From positions 8,900 to 72,899 of the forward strand of contig JBDTZG010000027.1 of assembly GCA_040005235.1 (NCBI GenBank): a stretch of DNA of 64,000 nt, in the 5' to 3' direction. Both the position numbers and the translations under genes were made by a program. Origin of the DNA: Acidobacteriota bacterium. GTDB lineage: Bacteria > Acidobacteriota > Thermoanaerobaculia > Multivoradales > UBA5704. Below, piece by piece: positions 52,088-61,114 of this stretch (positions are counted from its first letter, which is position 1; each line of letters opens with the position of its first letter). The notes under the pieces are model-generated. The model saw only the letters and a list, made by a program, of their open reading frames with translations, searched no databases and was not told where the DNA came from.

Positions 52088-54396
52088 GCCGGCCGTTCTC
52101 CCCGCTCGCGGCGTCGGAGGGCAAAGGCGGCCAAAAGAGAAAGCGGCGTGAGGAGAGCCCCAGCCGCGAGCCCCGGCGGCCGATAGGTCAGATCGATCTC
52201 CCACCGTTCCCTCTCCCCTTCGGGAAGATCGATCGCGAGAGCTGTCCCAGCATCGGCCGGTTCGACCGCCAGCTCGCGCTCGGCCCGCTCGGTTCGTAAG
52301 ACGCCCCGCCAGCCGCGCGCCCAGGTTTCCGCCACGACCAAGCGGCGAGGGGGTGGATGCCTTGCGCCGTCGGCAGGCACCGCGATCCGCCAGAGCCCCG
52401 GCTCCGCCTCCTCGACCGTCAAATCACCGGCCGCCCCCCCCGAACCCGCCCAACGCACCCGCGGCAACGCCGTCGGCCGTTCCCAAACCCGGGCGTCGCC
52501 CCCGGCGTAGGCGAGGCGCCAGCCGGACACCGGAGCCGCCTCGGCCGGTCCCCCGAGCACCCAGCGCAGGCCCCAACGGTCGAGGCGCGGATCGCCCCAG
52601 CGCTCGATCGGCCGCAGATAGACCGGGTCCGAAGCCCCAAGCGCGCCATAGGCGGCTTCGAAGCTTGCGAGCTTCACCGGATCGTCGCCGCGCAGATCGC
52701 GCAGGCCGTACACCATCCCCGCGTTCGGGCGGAGCTGCTCGCCGAGCGCCGCTACCCTGCCGGATTGGCCCTTCAGGAAGCGCACCGCGCCGGTCTCCGG
52801 ATAGAAGCGGGAGAACGGCAGCCCCGGCACGATCCGCCCGTGAGCGATCAGCAGATCGATCACCAACAGGGCCGGCAGGCAGAGTACGACCCGCCAACGC
52901 CCTTCGATCGAGAGCTTCAACGAGAGCGCCGCGGCGAGCGCCAACCCTAAAACCACCAAGGTCCACGCGAGCTGCCCGGCGGCGAGATCGTGCTCGCGGA
53001 GCGGCCCGCCGAGGGCGATCCAAGCTGCCGCGAGCATCGCCGCCGCGACCGCGCCCCCCGCGAGCAGGCCGCGCCCTTTGCCGGCCAGCCAGCGATCGAT
53101 TCCGACCGCCCCGAGCAGCGGCAGGCCCAGCTCCAGGCCGAAGATCAACCGATGGTGGGCTGCCCGACCGAGCAGCGGCAACGCGGCGAGCAGATCGTGG
53201 ACGCCCGGCAGGTGGTAGGCCCCGAGAAAGCAGAACGCCACGATCGCCGCGAGACCGAGAACACGGCGATCGGTTCGCCAGCCGCCCAACCCCGCCGCCG
53301 CGAACGGCAGCCCGAGCGCCCCGGCGTAGACGGCGGTCGCCGAATAATTGAACGGCCCCCACCAGGTTCCGAGCGCGGGATGGCCGTAGAGCTGCGGCAG
53401 AACCAGCCGCAGCGGCTGGAGCAGCAGAAGGCCAAAGGGAGGCGAGGGACCCGAAGCCGTCGCGGCGCTTCCCCATTTGGCTGTAGCCGGAAGGAGCAGC
53501 GCGAGCGGTAGGATCTGGACCGCGGCGATCCCCGCGGCGAGCGCCCAGGCCGCGACGAAGCGGCCCCAGGTCGAAAGCGTCCGGCCGGCCGAACCGCGAA
53601 CCAGCAGATAGAGCCCGGCGAGCAGCGCCGTGTGCATCGACGTTTCCGGATGGCCGCCGAGCAGTTGAAACCCGGCCCCAAGCGCAAGCAACGCGCCGCC
53701 CGATCGGCCTGCCGCCAGCCGCTCGACCGCCCAGAGCACCCAGGGAACCAGCGCAAGGGCGTTGCCCATCGGGAAAAGTAGAAAGCTCACCAGCATGCCG
53801 GAGAGCGGAAATCCGATCGTCGCCCACAGGGCGGCCGGCCGCGAAAGTCCGATCTCCCGCGCGAACAACCAGGCGCCGCAGCCGGCGAGAACGATCCGCA
53901 GCCAGGGGAGGACGACGAAACCGATCTGGAGCGGCAGCAGAGCGAACAGCAGGTGGAGCGGAAAGAGCGGCGCCGATTGGCCGTTGGCCCCAAACGGCGC
54001 ACCGGCGAAGGAATAAGGATTCCAGCCTGGCCACCGCCCGGCGGCCAGCTCGCGCTTTAAAAACACCAGCCAGGGCTGGATCTGGAACGTGACGTCGCGT
54101 AGGACCGGATTGCCGGAGAGGCCGGCGAGCCCCGCTTCGCTCCCCGCCCAAGGGGCCACCGCTGCGAGATCCGCCGCCGGGCTGGGAATGCCGTCAGGGA
54201 TCGACAGTGCGGGGGCGAGCAGGGCGATGCCCATGCAGCCCGCGACCGCCCAGGGGAGCCCCAACTCGCCGAACCGGGACCGGAGCCCCGTCTCGTCGGG
54301 AGTCTCCGCCGAAACCGCCGGTTGCCGTCTCGGCCAGATCAATGGGAGGAGCGCCGCGAGCGCAAGCCACGGCAACGCGGGATTTATCGGACTCAC
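52084..54396 (-). CDS. YfhO-family (GT-C) membrane glycosyltransferase
   Basis: WNPYSFAGAPFGANGQSAPLFP, GGHPET, LRGDDP; many TMs; GTGA overlap. Confidence 0.8.
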   Translation of the reverse strand: MSPINPALPWLALAALLPLIWPRRQPAVSAETPDETGLRSRFGELGLPWAVAGCMGIALLAPALSIPDGIPSPAADLAAVAPWAGSEAGLAGLSGNPVLRDVTFQIQPWLVFLKRELAAGRWPGWNPYSFAGAPFGANGQSAPLFPLHLLFALLPLQIGFVVLPWLRIVLAGCGAWLFAREIGLSRPAALWATIGFPLSGMLVSFLLFPMGNALALVPWVLWAVERLAAGRSGGALLALGAGFQLLGGHPETSMHTALLAGLYLLVRGSAGRTLSTWGRFVAAWALAAGIAAVQILPLALLLPATAKWGSAATASGPSPPFGLLLLQPLRLVLPQLYGHPALGTWWGPFNYSATAVYAGALGLPFAAAGLGGWRTDRRVLGLAAIVAFCFLGAYHLPGVHDLLAALPLLGRAAHHRLIFGLELGLPLLGAVGIDRWLAGKGRGLLAGGAVAAAMLAAAWIALGGPLREHDLAAGQLAWTLVVLGLALAAALSLKLSIEGRWRVVLCLPALLVIDLLIAHGRIVPGLPFSRFYPETGAVRFLKGQSGRVAALGEQLRPNAGMVYGLRDLRGDDPVKLASFEAAYGALGASDPVYLRPIERWGDPRLDRWGLRWVLGGPAEAAPVSGWRLAYAGGDARVWERPTALPRVRWAGSGGAAGDLTVEEAEPGLWRIAVPADGARHPPPRRLVVAETWARGWRGVLRTERAERELAVEPADAGTALAIDLPEGERERWEIDLTYRPPGLAAGALLTPLSLLAAFALRRRERGERPA

Positions 54397-55163
54397 ACTT
54401 TGCCTCGGGGGTTTTTGAAGCCAGGACGTCGCCGCAGGCGCATCAGGACGACGTCTCGCAGCGCCGAAAACGCCGCGCGCAACGGATCGACTTTCGAAGC
54501 GGCGGAATTGACCCAGATGACCCCCACCTCGGCGATCCGGAGCCCGCGCTTCCTGGCCAGCCAAAGCAGCTCGACGTCGTAGGCGAAACCGTCAATCGAA
54601 AGATCCACGGCGAGAGAGCGCGCCACCTGGCCATCGAACAGCTTGAAGCCGCATTGGGTGTCCGCGATCCCGCCCACGGCGAACAGGCGGATCACTTTGT
54701 TCCCCGCTTTGCCCAAAAGCACGCGGTAAAACGGCTGCCGCTCGCGCACGTCGGCCCCGCGGATCGCGCGGCTGCCGATTGCGATCTCGGCCTGATCTAA
54801 GTGCCCTTCGAGCTTCTCGATCTCCTCGATCGGGGTCGAGAAGTCGGCGTCCGAGACGAGCACCCGCTCGCCGACCGAAGCGAGCAGACCGGCTTTCACC
54901 GCCGCCCCTTTGCCGCGATTTTTCGGCAGGCGGATCGCGCGCACGCCCTGGCCGGCGAACCGCTCGGCCACCTCGACCGTCCGATCCAAGCTGCCATCGT
55001 CGGCGACCAGGATCTCGAAGCCCTGACCGGTCCGCGCCTGCCGTGCCGAGAGAAAGGCGATCGCGCTCTTTAAGCTCGGCCCCAGCCGCTCCTCCTCGTT
55101 GTAGGCGGGGATCACCACCGAGAGCGCCACCGGGGCGCCGGGCTCACAAAGGGGTTCGGTCAT
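54393..55163 (-). CDS. Polyprenol-phosphate glycosyltransferase (DPM/DPG synthase-like GT2)
   Basis: SVVIPAYNE, DDGS, NRGKGAAV, DADFS, DTQCGFKLF, FAYDVELL. Confidence 0.92.
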   Translation of the reverse strand: MTEPLCEPGAPVALSVVIPAYNEEERLGPSLKSAIAFLSARQARTGQGFEILVADDGSLDRTVEVAERFAGQGVRAIRLPKNRGKGAAVKAGLLASVGERVLVSDADFSTPIEEIEKLEGHLDQAEIAIGSRAIRGADVRERQPFYRVLLGKAGNKVIRLFAVGGIADTQCGFKLFDGQVARSLAVDLSIDGFAYDVELLWLARKRGLRIAEVGVIWVNSAASKVDPLRAAFSALRDVVLMRLRRRPGFKNPRGKV

Positions 55164-55236
55164 GGCCGGCCGATTCTAATGCCCCGGACGGCGAGCACGG
55201 CGCGGAGGCGAGGCCAGCACGTAGAATCCCGTCGTC

Positions 55237-56400
55237 ATGGCATCGCTCCGCATCTTGAAGGCCCTCGACCCCGAAAGCGCCGGCTCGCCGGAGTTTCGCT
55301 ATCTGCTCTCGCATCTCGTGCTCGAAGCGCGCCGCGTTTTCGACCCGGTCACCCTGTTCGAAAACCCGGCCGAGCTGCCGCCGGGCGACCCGGAAGGCAC
55401 CGACCTGTATCTGTTGCTCAGCCCGCAAAACGTGCTGCTGCTCGCGGCCAGCTTCGCCGCGATGCGCGAGCGGCTGGGGGAAGGCGCTACGCAGGTGCGG
55501 CCGGTGCGCCTCACCGACGCCGGCCTTACCCTCGCCGAGCCGGTCTATACCCTCCGCGGCTTCGAACGGGTGGAGGCCCGGTATCTGGCCGCCGTCAAGA
55601 CGATCGACGAAGGTTCCGCGCCTCGGCCTTCCTCGCATCTGCCCGCCGCTCTGCTCACCGCCGAGGCGCTGCGCGAGCTGCTCGATCGCGTGCCGCTCGA
55701 CCGGCTGCTCCAAAACTCCGATGCGCCGACGGCCTCGACAGGCGCCATCGAGACCGCCGGCTTGTGCCACGAATTCATCGACTATTACGGCGAGGTACGG
55801 GAAGACGTCGTGCCGTTCCTCCCGCCCGGCGTGCGCGACATCCTGGAAGTCGGCTGCGGCCGAGGTGTGACCGGCGCCTATCTCCAACGCCGGCTCGGAT
55901 GCCGGGTGACCGGTGTGGAGCTCCATCCGGAGGTCGCGGCCGACGCGGCAACCCGGCTCCATGCCGTCTTGGTGGGCGACCTGCAAACGCTCAACATCCC
56001 GGAGCGTTTCGATGCCGTGCTCGGCTGCGAGATCATCGAGCACCTTCCCGAGGCGGAGGCGTTTCTCGCCCGGGCCGGCGAGCTGATCCGCCCGGGCGGC
56101 CGGATCGTCCTATCGATCCCCAACGTCGGCCACTGGTCGGTGGTCGAAGACCTGCTCGCCGGCCGCTGGGATTACCTGCCGATCGGCCTGCTCTGCTACA
56201 CCCACTACCGGTTCTTCACCCAGAAGACCCTCGACGACTGGCTCCGCCGCGCCGGCTGGAAGCGTTTCGAGATCCACCCCCAGACGACCGAGCTGCCCGA
56301 GCGCTTCGACCGGCTCGCCGAGGCCGGAGCGCCGCTGGGTTTCCATCTCGATCGCGAGAGCCTGGCGACCAAGGGTTTCTACGCGGTGCTCGAAGGGTAG
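55237..56400 (+). CDS. Class I SAM-dependent methyltransferase with extra N-terminal domain
   Basis: ILEVGCGRG, EIIEHL, SIPNVGH, THYRFFT. Confidence 0.85.
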   Translation: MASLRILKALDPESAGSPEFRYLLSHLVLEARRVFDPVTLFENPAELPPGDPEGTDLYLLLSPQNVLLLAASFAAMRERLGEGATQVRPVRLTDAGLTLAEPVYTLRGFERVEARYLAAVKTIDEGSAPRPSSHLPAALLTAEALRELLDRVPLDRLLQNSDAPTASTGAIETAGLCHEFIDYYGEVREDVVPFLPPGVRDILEVGCGRGVTGAYLQRRLGCRVTGVELHPEVAADAATRLHAVLVGDLQTLNIPERFDAVLGCEIIEHLPEAEAFLARAGELIRPGGRIVLSIPNVGHWSVVEDLLAGRWDYLPIGLLCYTHYRFFTQKTLDDWLRRAGWKRFEIHPQTTELPERFDRLAEAGAPLGFHLDRESLATKGFYAVLEG

Positions 56401-56427
56401 AAATCCAACGGTCGCCGCGTCCCTGGG

Positions 56428-56714
56428 CAAAAATCAGCGATCCCGCCCGAAGGAAAGGCGATCCTTCGCCAAAATCACCGATCCCGCAGGAGGGATCAGC
56501 GATTTTGGCCCAAAATCGGTGGTCCCTCGGGAGGGAAGAGCGTTTTTGGCCCAAAATCAGCGATCCCACGGCAGGGAAGTGCGTTTTTGGCCCAAAATCG
56601 GTGATCCCTCGGGAGGGAAGAGCGTTTTTGGCCCAAAATCGGTGATCCCTCCGGAGGGAAGGGCGATCCTGCGGCAAATTCGGTGATCCCGCGATAAAGC
56701 GGATCGATCCTGGC
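56428..56714. repeat. Tandem array of about 7 palindromic 41-bp units (REP/BIME-like, no spacers)
   Basis: AAAATC (last copy AAATTC) at 56430, 56471, 56512, 56553, 56594, 56635, 56676; consensus CCAAAATCGGTGATCCCTCGGGAGGGAAGAGCGTTTTTGGC. Confidence 0.92.
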
Positions 56715-56826
56715 CCGGGAAAGTGGTACGGCTTTTGTCTGGGCCGGACCCCGACTGTTCGAAGCAGCTGTCACCCCGGGGACGCAACGCAAGGCGGTCT
56801 CAGAAGGAGCCCTCATCTCCCGGCAG

Positions 56827-56856
56827 TTGCGGATAGTCCCGTTTTGGGACTATCCT
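56827..56856 (+). promoter_or_regulatory. higBA promoter with perfect operator palindrome (likely leaderless)
   Basis: TTGCGG, 18 nt, TATCCT; GGATAGTCCC-gtttt-GGGACTATCC at 56831-56855; GTG start 6 nt after the -10. Confidence 0.75.
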
Positions 56857-56862
56857 CTAGTT

Positions 56863-57165
56863 GTGCGTGTCATCTCGGTGTCCAGACTCAGAACTTTCTG
56901 GGAACAGAATCCGGGGTACACGGATGCGCGGGAATCCGCCCAGGCCTGGTACCGCCACGCTTTGGCGGCCGACTGGAGCTCGCCAGCTGAGGTCAAGGCA
57001 GCGTTCGGCCATGCGAGCATTCTCAAGGATGGACGGGTCGTGTTCAACCTGGCCGGTAACAAATATCGCCTGGTCGTCTGGATCAACTACGCCTATCGAG
57101 TGCTCTACATCCGCTTCATGGGCACCCACTCGCAATACGACCGGATCGACGCTCAAACGATTTGA
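56863..57165 (+). CDS. higB: HigB family toxin
   Basis: MRVIS...LRTFW, RVVFNLAGNKYRLVV, IRFMGTHSQYDRI. Confidence 0.92.
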   Translation: MRVISVSRLRTFWEQNPGYTDARESAQAWYRHALAADWSSPAEVKAAFGHASILKDGRVVFNLAGNKYRLVVWINYAYRVLYIRFMGTHSQYDRIDAQTI

Positions 57166-57176
57166 CGGGGGACCTC

Positions 57177-57551
57177 ATGGACATTCGCCCCATCTGTAAC
57201 GACGTTGACTACCGAGCGGCTCTCGAAGAAATCGAGTCGCTCATGATGGCCGGTCCCAACACGCCGGAAGGCGAACGGCTGGACGTATTGGCGACGCTGG
57301 TTGAGGCCTGGGAGCGCAAGCACTATCCGATCGACCTGCCCGATCCGATCGCGGCCATCCGCTTCGCCATGGACCAGCGCGGTTTGACCGTCAAGGATCT
57401 GGAGCCGATGATCGGCCGGTCGAACCGTGTCTACGAAGTGCTGAGCGGCAGCCGCCCCCTGACCTTGAAAATGATCTGGCGTCTCCACCGGTCTCTCGGC
57501 ATCCCTGCGGAATCTCTGATCCGCCAACCGGAAGAGTCTCGCGCGGCGTAG
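57177..57551 (+). CDS. higA: HigA family HTH antitoxin
   Basis: IRPI...DYRAAL, TPEGERLDVL, PDPIAAIRFAMDQRGL, RPLTLKMI. Confidence 0.92.
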   Translation: MDIRPICNDVDYRAALEEIESLMMAGPNTPEGERLDVLATLVEAWERKHYPIDLPDPIAAIRFAMDQRGLTVKDLEPMIGRSNRVYEVLSGSRPLTLKMIWRLHRSLGIPAESLIRQPEESRAA

Positions 57552-57595
57552 ACCCACCCCTTCACCGGTCGCCTCCAGCCTAAGAAAAAACTCCT

Positions 57596-58075
57596 TCAGA
57601 CCACGTAGGCGAAAATAAACAACCCGAGCATCGTGAACGCCAGCGCGATCTTCGCCGCGGTGCCGAACAGGATGCCGAGCCAGGTGGCAAGACCCACCTT
57701 GCCGGCCTGCTTCAGGTTCCGGAGCGAGATGTATTCGCCGAGCGCCGCACCCAAGAACGGGCCGAGGAATAGCCCGGGCAGGCCGAAGAAGAAGCCGACC
57801 AGGCCGCCGACCACAGAGCCGGCGATCGCGAGGCGGCTCGCGCCGACCTTCTTGGCCCCCAGGCTCGATGCGAAGAAATCGACCGCGAGCGACGCGGCGG
57901 TGAGGAGAGCGAGCAGCACCAGAGGGAACCAGCCGACTTTCGTAAAGCCGTCCGCCCAGGCCGCGAGCAGGAGGCCCACGAACACCAGCGGCGTTCCCGG
58001 CAGGGCGGGCAGCACGGTGCCGGCCAGGCCGACCAGGATGAGCGCCACGGCGGCGACCCAGAGCAGTGGACTCAT
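57596..58075 (-). CDS. DUF456 family membrane protein
   Basis: GLAGTVLPALPG, LGAKKVGAS, LGPFLGAALGE; ATGA overlap. Confidence 0.88.
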   Translation of the reverse strand: MSPLLWVAAVALILVGLAGTVLPALPGTPLVFVGLLLAAWADGFTKVGWFPLVLLALLTAASLAVDFFASSLGAKKVGASRLAIAGSVVGGLVGFFFGLPGLFLGPFLGAALGEYISLRNLKQAGKVGLATWLGILFGTAAKIALAFTMLGLFIFAYVV

Positions 58076-58965
58076 GATTTGCCCTCCTCGTTTTCCGATG
58101 CGATCCAGGTGCTGATCGTCCCTTCGACCCGTACTCGACCCGCCTGCTCGACCCGGATGGCGTAGATCGACAGCGGCAGGGCGCTGGCGACAAAAAAAAC
58201 GATCACGTCGAGCGGTTCGCCGACCGGCAGGCTCCGGACGAAACACCGCGCCTGACGGATCGCGACCACGTAACCCGCCCGAGGCGCCGACTCTTCGCCT
58301 GCGTCGCGCGAGCGATCGAGCGTTTCGGCCAATGCCGCGGCCTGCGCGGCCATTTCAAGCCCCAGGTAGGACGGCGCGTGCCCGGCGACGGCGAACGGGC
58401 TGTCGGCCGGGATCACTCCCCTGCCCCGGGCACCGGACGGTCCATGAGCGACGAGGCTCTGGATCAACAGGGCCGGCGGAAAGTGCGGCACCCGGCCGAG
58501 CGCCGAGATCTCAGCGACAGCTTCGAAATCAGCCTCCGCGCTCGCGGCACTCGGTGCAGTCGGTGCATCCGGCTCCCCCGTCGCCTCCTCCGATCCGGCA
58601 CGGACCGAGCCGCCGCTCACCGAGGCCTCGCCGGCTCGGATCTCGAAGCGGCGCAGCCCCGTGGGGTTCGCCGCCCCGAGCTGGAGCGTCAGCCGGTCGC
58701 CCGGACCAACCGTCCGGCGTAGGCGCAGACCCGAGATCTCGACGATCGCCGGCGATCGGGAGGAATCCGCCTGGGCGAGGCGCGCCAGCCCCTGCTCGAC
58801 CAAAGCGAGCTGGGCGACCGCCGGAAGGATCGGCCGGCCGGGAAAGTGCCCCTCAAAGGCGGGACTTTCCGCCGGGATCTCGACCGTGAACCGGGTACCA
58901 TCCGCGCCATCTTCCCGGTCGATCCAGCGAAAACCGAGGTCGGGGCGATCGGTGGCAAAGCTCAT
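58072..58965 (-). CDS. Double hot-dog dehydratase (ApeI-like + ApeP-like fusion)
   Basis: FEGHFPGRPILPAVAQL (FabA/Z-type); second domain VPHFPPALLI...LEMAAQ...GYVVAIR. Confidence 0.7.
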   Translation of the reverse strand: MSFATDRPDLGFRWIDREDGADGTRFTVEIPAESPAFEGHFPGRPILPAVAQLALVEQGLARLAQADSSRSPAIVEISGLRLRRTVGPGDRLTLQLGAANPTGLRRFEIRAGEASVSGGSVRAGSEEATGEPDAPTAPSAASAEADFEAVAEISALGRVPHFPPALLIQSLVAHGPSGARGRGVIPADSPFAVAGHAPSYLGLEMAAQAAALAETLDRSRDAGEESAPRAGYVVAIRQARCFVRSLPVGEPLDVIVFFVASALPLSIYAIRVEQAGRVRVEGTISTWIASENEEGKS

Positions 58966-59119
58966 CGGCACCGAGGGTACGGGCGATTCCCCCCCGGGTC
59001 AAATCGTGCCGCTCGCCGCCGCCTGCCCTCCGCTGCTAGGATCGCGGCATCGATCGCGGCCCCCTGTCGGTTTTCGTCTCGCTCGCCATGGGGCCACGCG
59101 CTCAGGAGAATCCAACGCA

Positions 59120-61108
59120 ATGCAAACAGGTCACTCCGAGAGTCCTGCCGCCTCGGCGGAGAAGGGCTCCGAAGACGGGCCGGCGCATGCTCGGGGCGTT
59201 TCTCAGGTTCCGCCCCATAGCCACCACTCGAAGCCTTGGCTCCCTTTGGCACTCGGCGCCCTGGGGGTGGTCTACGGCGACATTGGCACCAGCCCTCTGT
59301 ACGCCCTGCGCGAATGCTTCCACGGCGCGCATGCTCTGGTTCTAACCCGCGCCAACGTGCTCGGCATCCTGTCGCTGATCTTCTGGTCGCTGCTGATCGT
59401 CATCTCGATCAAGTACCTGCTCTTCGTCATGCGGGCGGACAACCGAGGCGAAGGAGGCATCCTGGCGCTGATCTCGCTCATTCCGCTCAAGGTCCGCGAG
59501 ACCAAAAACGGCTTCTTCCTGGTGGCGATCGGGATCTTCGGCGCCGCGCTGCTCTACGGCGACGGCATGATCACCCCGGCGATCTCGGTACTCTCCGCGG
59601 TCGAAGGCTTGACCGTCGCGACCCCCGTGTTCGCCCATTGGGTGGTGCCGATCACGATCGGCATTCTGGTCGCGTTGTTCCTCATCCAGCGCTGGGGCAC
59701 CGGGGGCATCGGCAAGATCTTCGGCCCGGTCATGGTGCTCTGGTTCGGCACTCTCGCGGTCTTAGGAGTCATGGGCATTGTGCGCGATCCCTCGGTGCTC
59801 TGGGCGATCGCGCCTTCCAATGCCGTGAGCTTTTTCCTGCGCAACCGGCTCGCCGGGTTCTTGACTCTCGGCTCGGTCTTCCTGGTCGTCACCGGCGGCG
59901 AGGCGCTCTACGCCGACATGGGGCATTTCGGCAAAAAGCCGATCCAGGTCGCCTGGTTTGCGATGGTGCTGCCCGCCCTACTACTCAACTACTTCGGCCA
60001 GGGCGCCATGCTGATCAGCCAGGCGACGCTCGCCGAGCAGAAACGGGTCGCCGAAAATCCGTTCTTCCACCTGGCGCCCGACCAGCCGTGGATTCTCTAT
60101 CCGCTCGTCGCCTTGGCCACCCTGGCCACGGTGATCGCCTCCCAGGCGTTGATCTCCGGCGCCTTTTCGCTCACCCGCCAGGCGATCCAGCTCGGCTACT
60201 GTCCGCGCCTGGAAATCGTCCACACCTCGGGCGAGGAATACGGCCAGATCTACGTCCCCGGCGTCAACTGGCTTCTGATGGTCTGCACGATCGGCCTGGT
60301 GATCGGGTTCAAGACCTCGACGGCGCTCGCCGCGGCTTACGGCATCGCGGTCACCATGACCATGGTGATCACGACGATCCTCGCCAAAGTGGTCGCCCGG
60401 GAGGTTTGGGGCTGGAAGCGCCGCTGGCTGTTGCCGATGACCGCGTTCTTCCTGGTGATCGACCTGTCGTTCTTTGGCGCCAACATCGTCAAAGTCCACC
60501 TCGGCGGCTGGGTTCCCCTGCTGGTCGGGTCGATCATCTATTTCCTCATGGCCACCTGGCGTCGCGGGCGGCAGATCCTCGCCGAGCGCCTGGCCCGGCA
60601 GGCGCTTCCGTTCAATTCCTTCGTCGCGAGCATCCAACCGGAGACCCCGCCGCGGGTGCCCGGAACCGCCGTCTTCATGGCCCGCGATCCAGACGCGACG
60701 CCGACCTCGCTGCTCCACAACCTGAAGCACAACAAGGTGCTTCACGATCAGGTGATCCTGCTCACCATCGCGACCGAGGAGATCCCCGAGGTACCGAAAA
60801 AGGAGCGGATCACGATCGACGGCTACGGCAAGGGCTGCTACCGGGTGCTCGCCCGCTACGGCTTCATGCAAGATCCGTCGATCGCCAGCATGCTCGAAGG
60901 GATGCGCGCCCAGGGCATTGACCTGAACATGATGAAGACGACGTTCTTCCTCGGCCGCGAGACACTGATCCCGTCGAAGCGCCCCGGCATGGCGATCTGG
61001 CGCGAAAAGCTGTTCGCCATGATGTCGAGAAACGCCCTACGCCCGACCGACTACTTCCGCATCCCCGCCAACCGTGTGATCGAGCTGGGCATGCAGGTCG
61101 AGCTGTAA
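59120..61108 (+). CDS. kup: Potassium transporter Kup (copy 1)
   Basis: GVVYGDIGTSPLYAL, ADNRGEGG, GDGMITPAISVLSAVEG, EALYADMGHFG; SD AGGAG before ATG 59120. Confidence 0.95.
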   Translation: MQTGHSESPAASAEKGSEDGPAHARGVSQVPPHSHHSKPWLPLALGALGVVYGDIGTSPLYALRECFHGAHALVLTRANVLGILSLIFWSLLIVISIKYLLFVMRADNRGEGGILALISLIPLKVRETKNGFFLVAIGIFGAALLYGDGMITPAISVLSAVEGLTVATPVFAHWVVPITIGILVALFLIQRWGTGGIGKIFGPVMVLWFGTLAVLGVMGIVRDPSVLWAIAPSNAVSFFLRNRLAGFLTLGSVFLVVTGGEALYADMGHFGKKPIQVAWFAMVLPALLLNYFGQGAMLISQATLAEQKRVAENPFFHLAPDQPWILYPLVALATLATVIASQALISGAFSLTRQAIQLGYCPRLEIVHTSGEEYGQIYVPGVNWLLMVCTIGLVIGFKTSTALAAAYGIAVTMTMVITTILAKVVAREVWGWKRRWLLPMTAFFLVIDLSFFGANIVKVHLGGWVPLLVGSIIYFLMATWRRGRQILAERLARQALPFNSFVASIQPETPPRVPGTAVFMARDPDATPTSLLHNLKHNKVLHDQVILLTIATEEIPEVPKKERITIDGYGKGCYRVLARYGFMQDPSIASMLEGMRAQGIDLNMMKTTFFLGRETLIPSKRPGMAIWREKLFAMMSRNALRPTDYFRIPANRVIELGMQVEL

Positions 61109-61114
61109 AGGCGG

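Noticed and set aside
56428-56714. CRISPR array
   Set aside because: Units are contiguous 41-bp repeats without unique spacers, and no cas genes are in the window.
58972-59119. c-di-AMP riboswitch upstream of kup
   Set aside because: The region is short and lacks recognisable ydaO consensus blocks.
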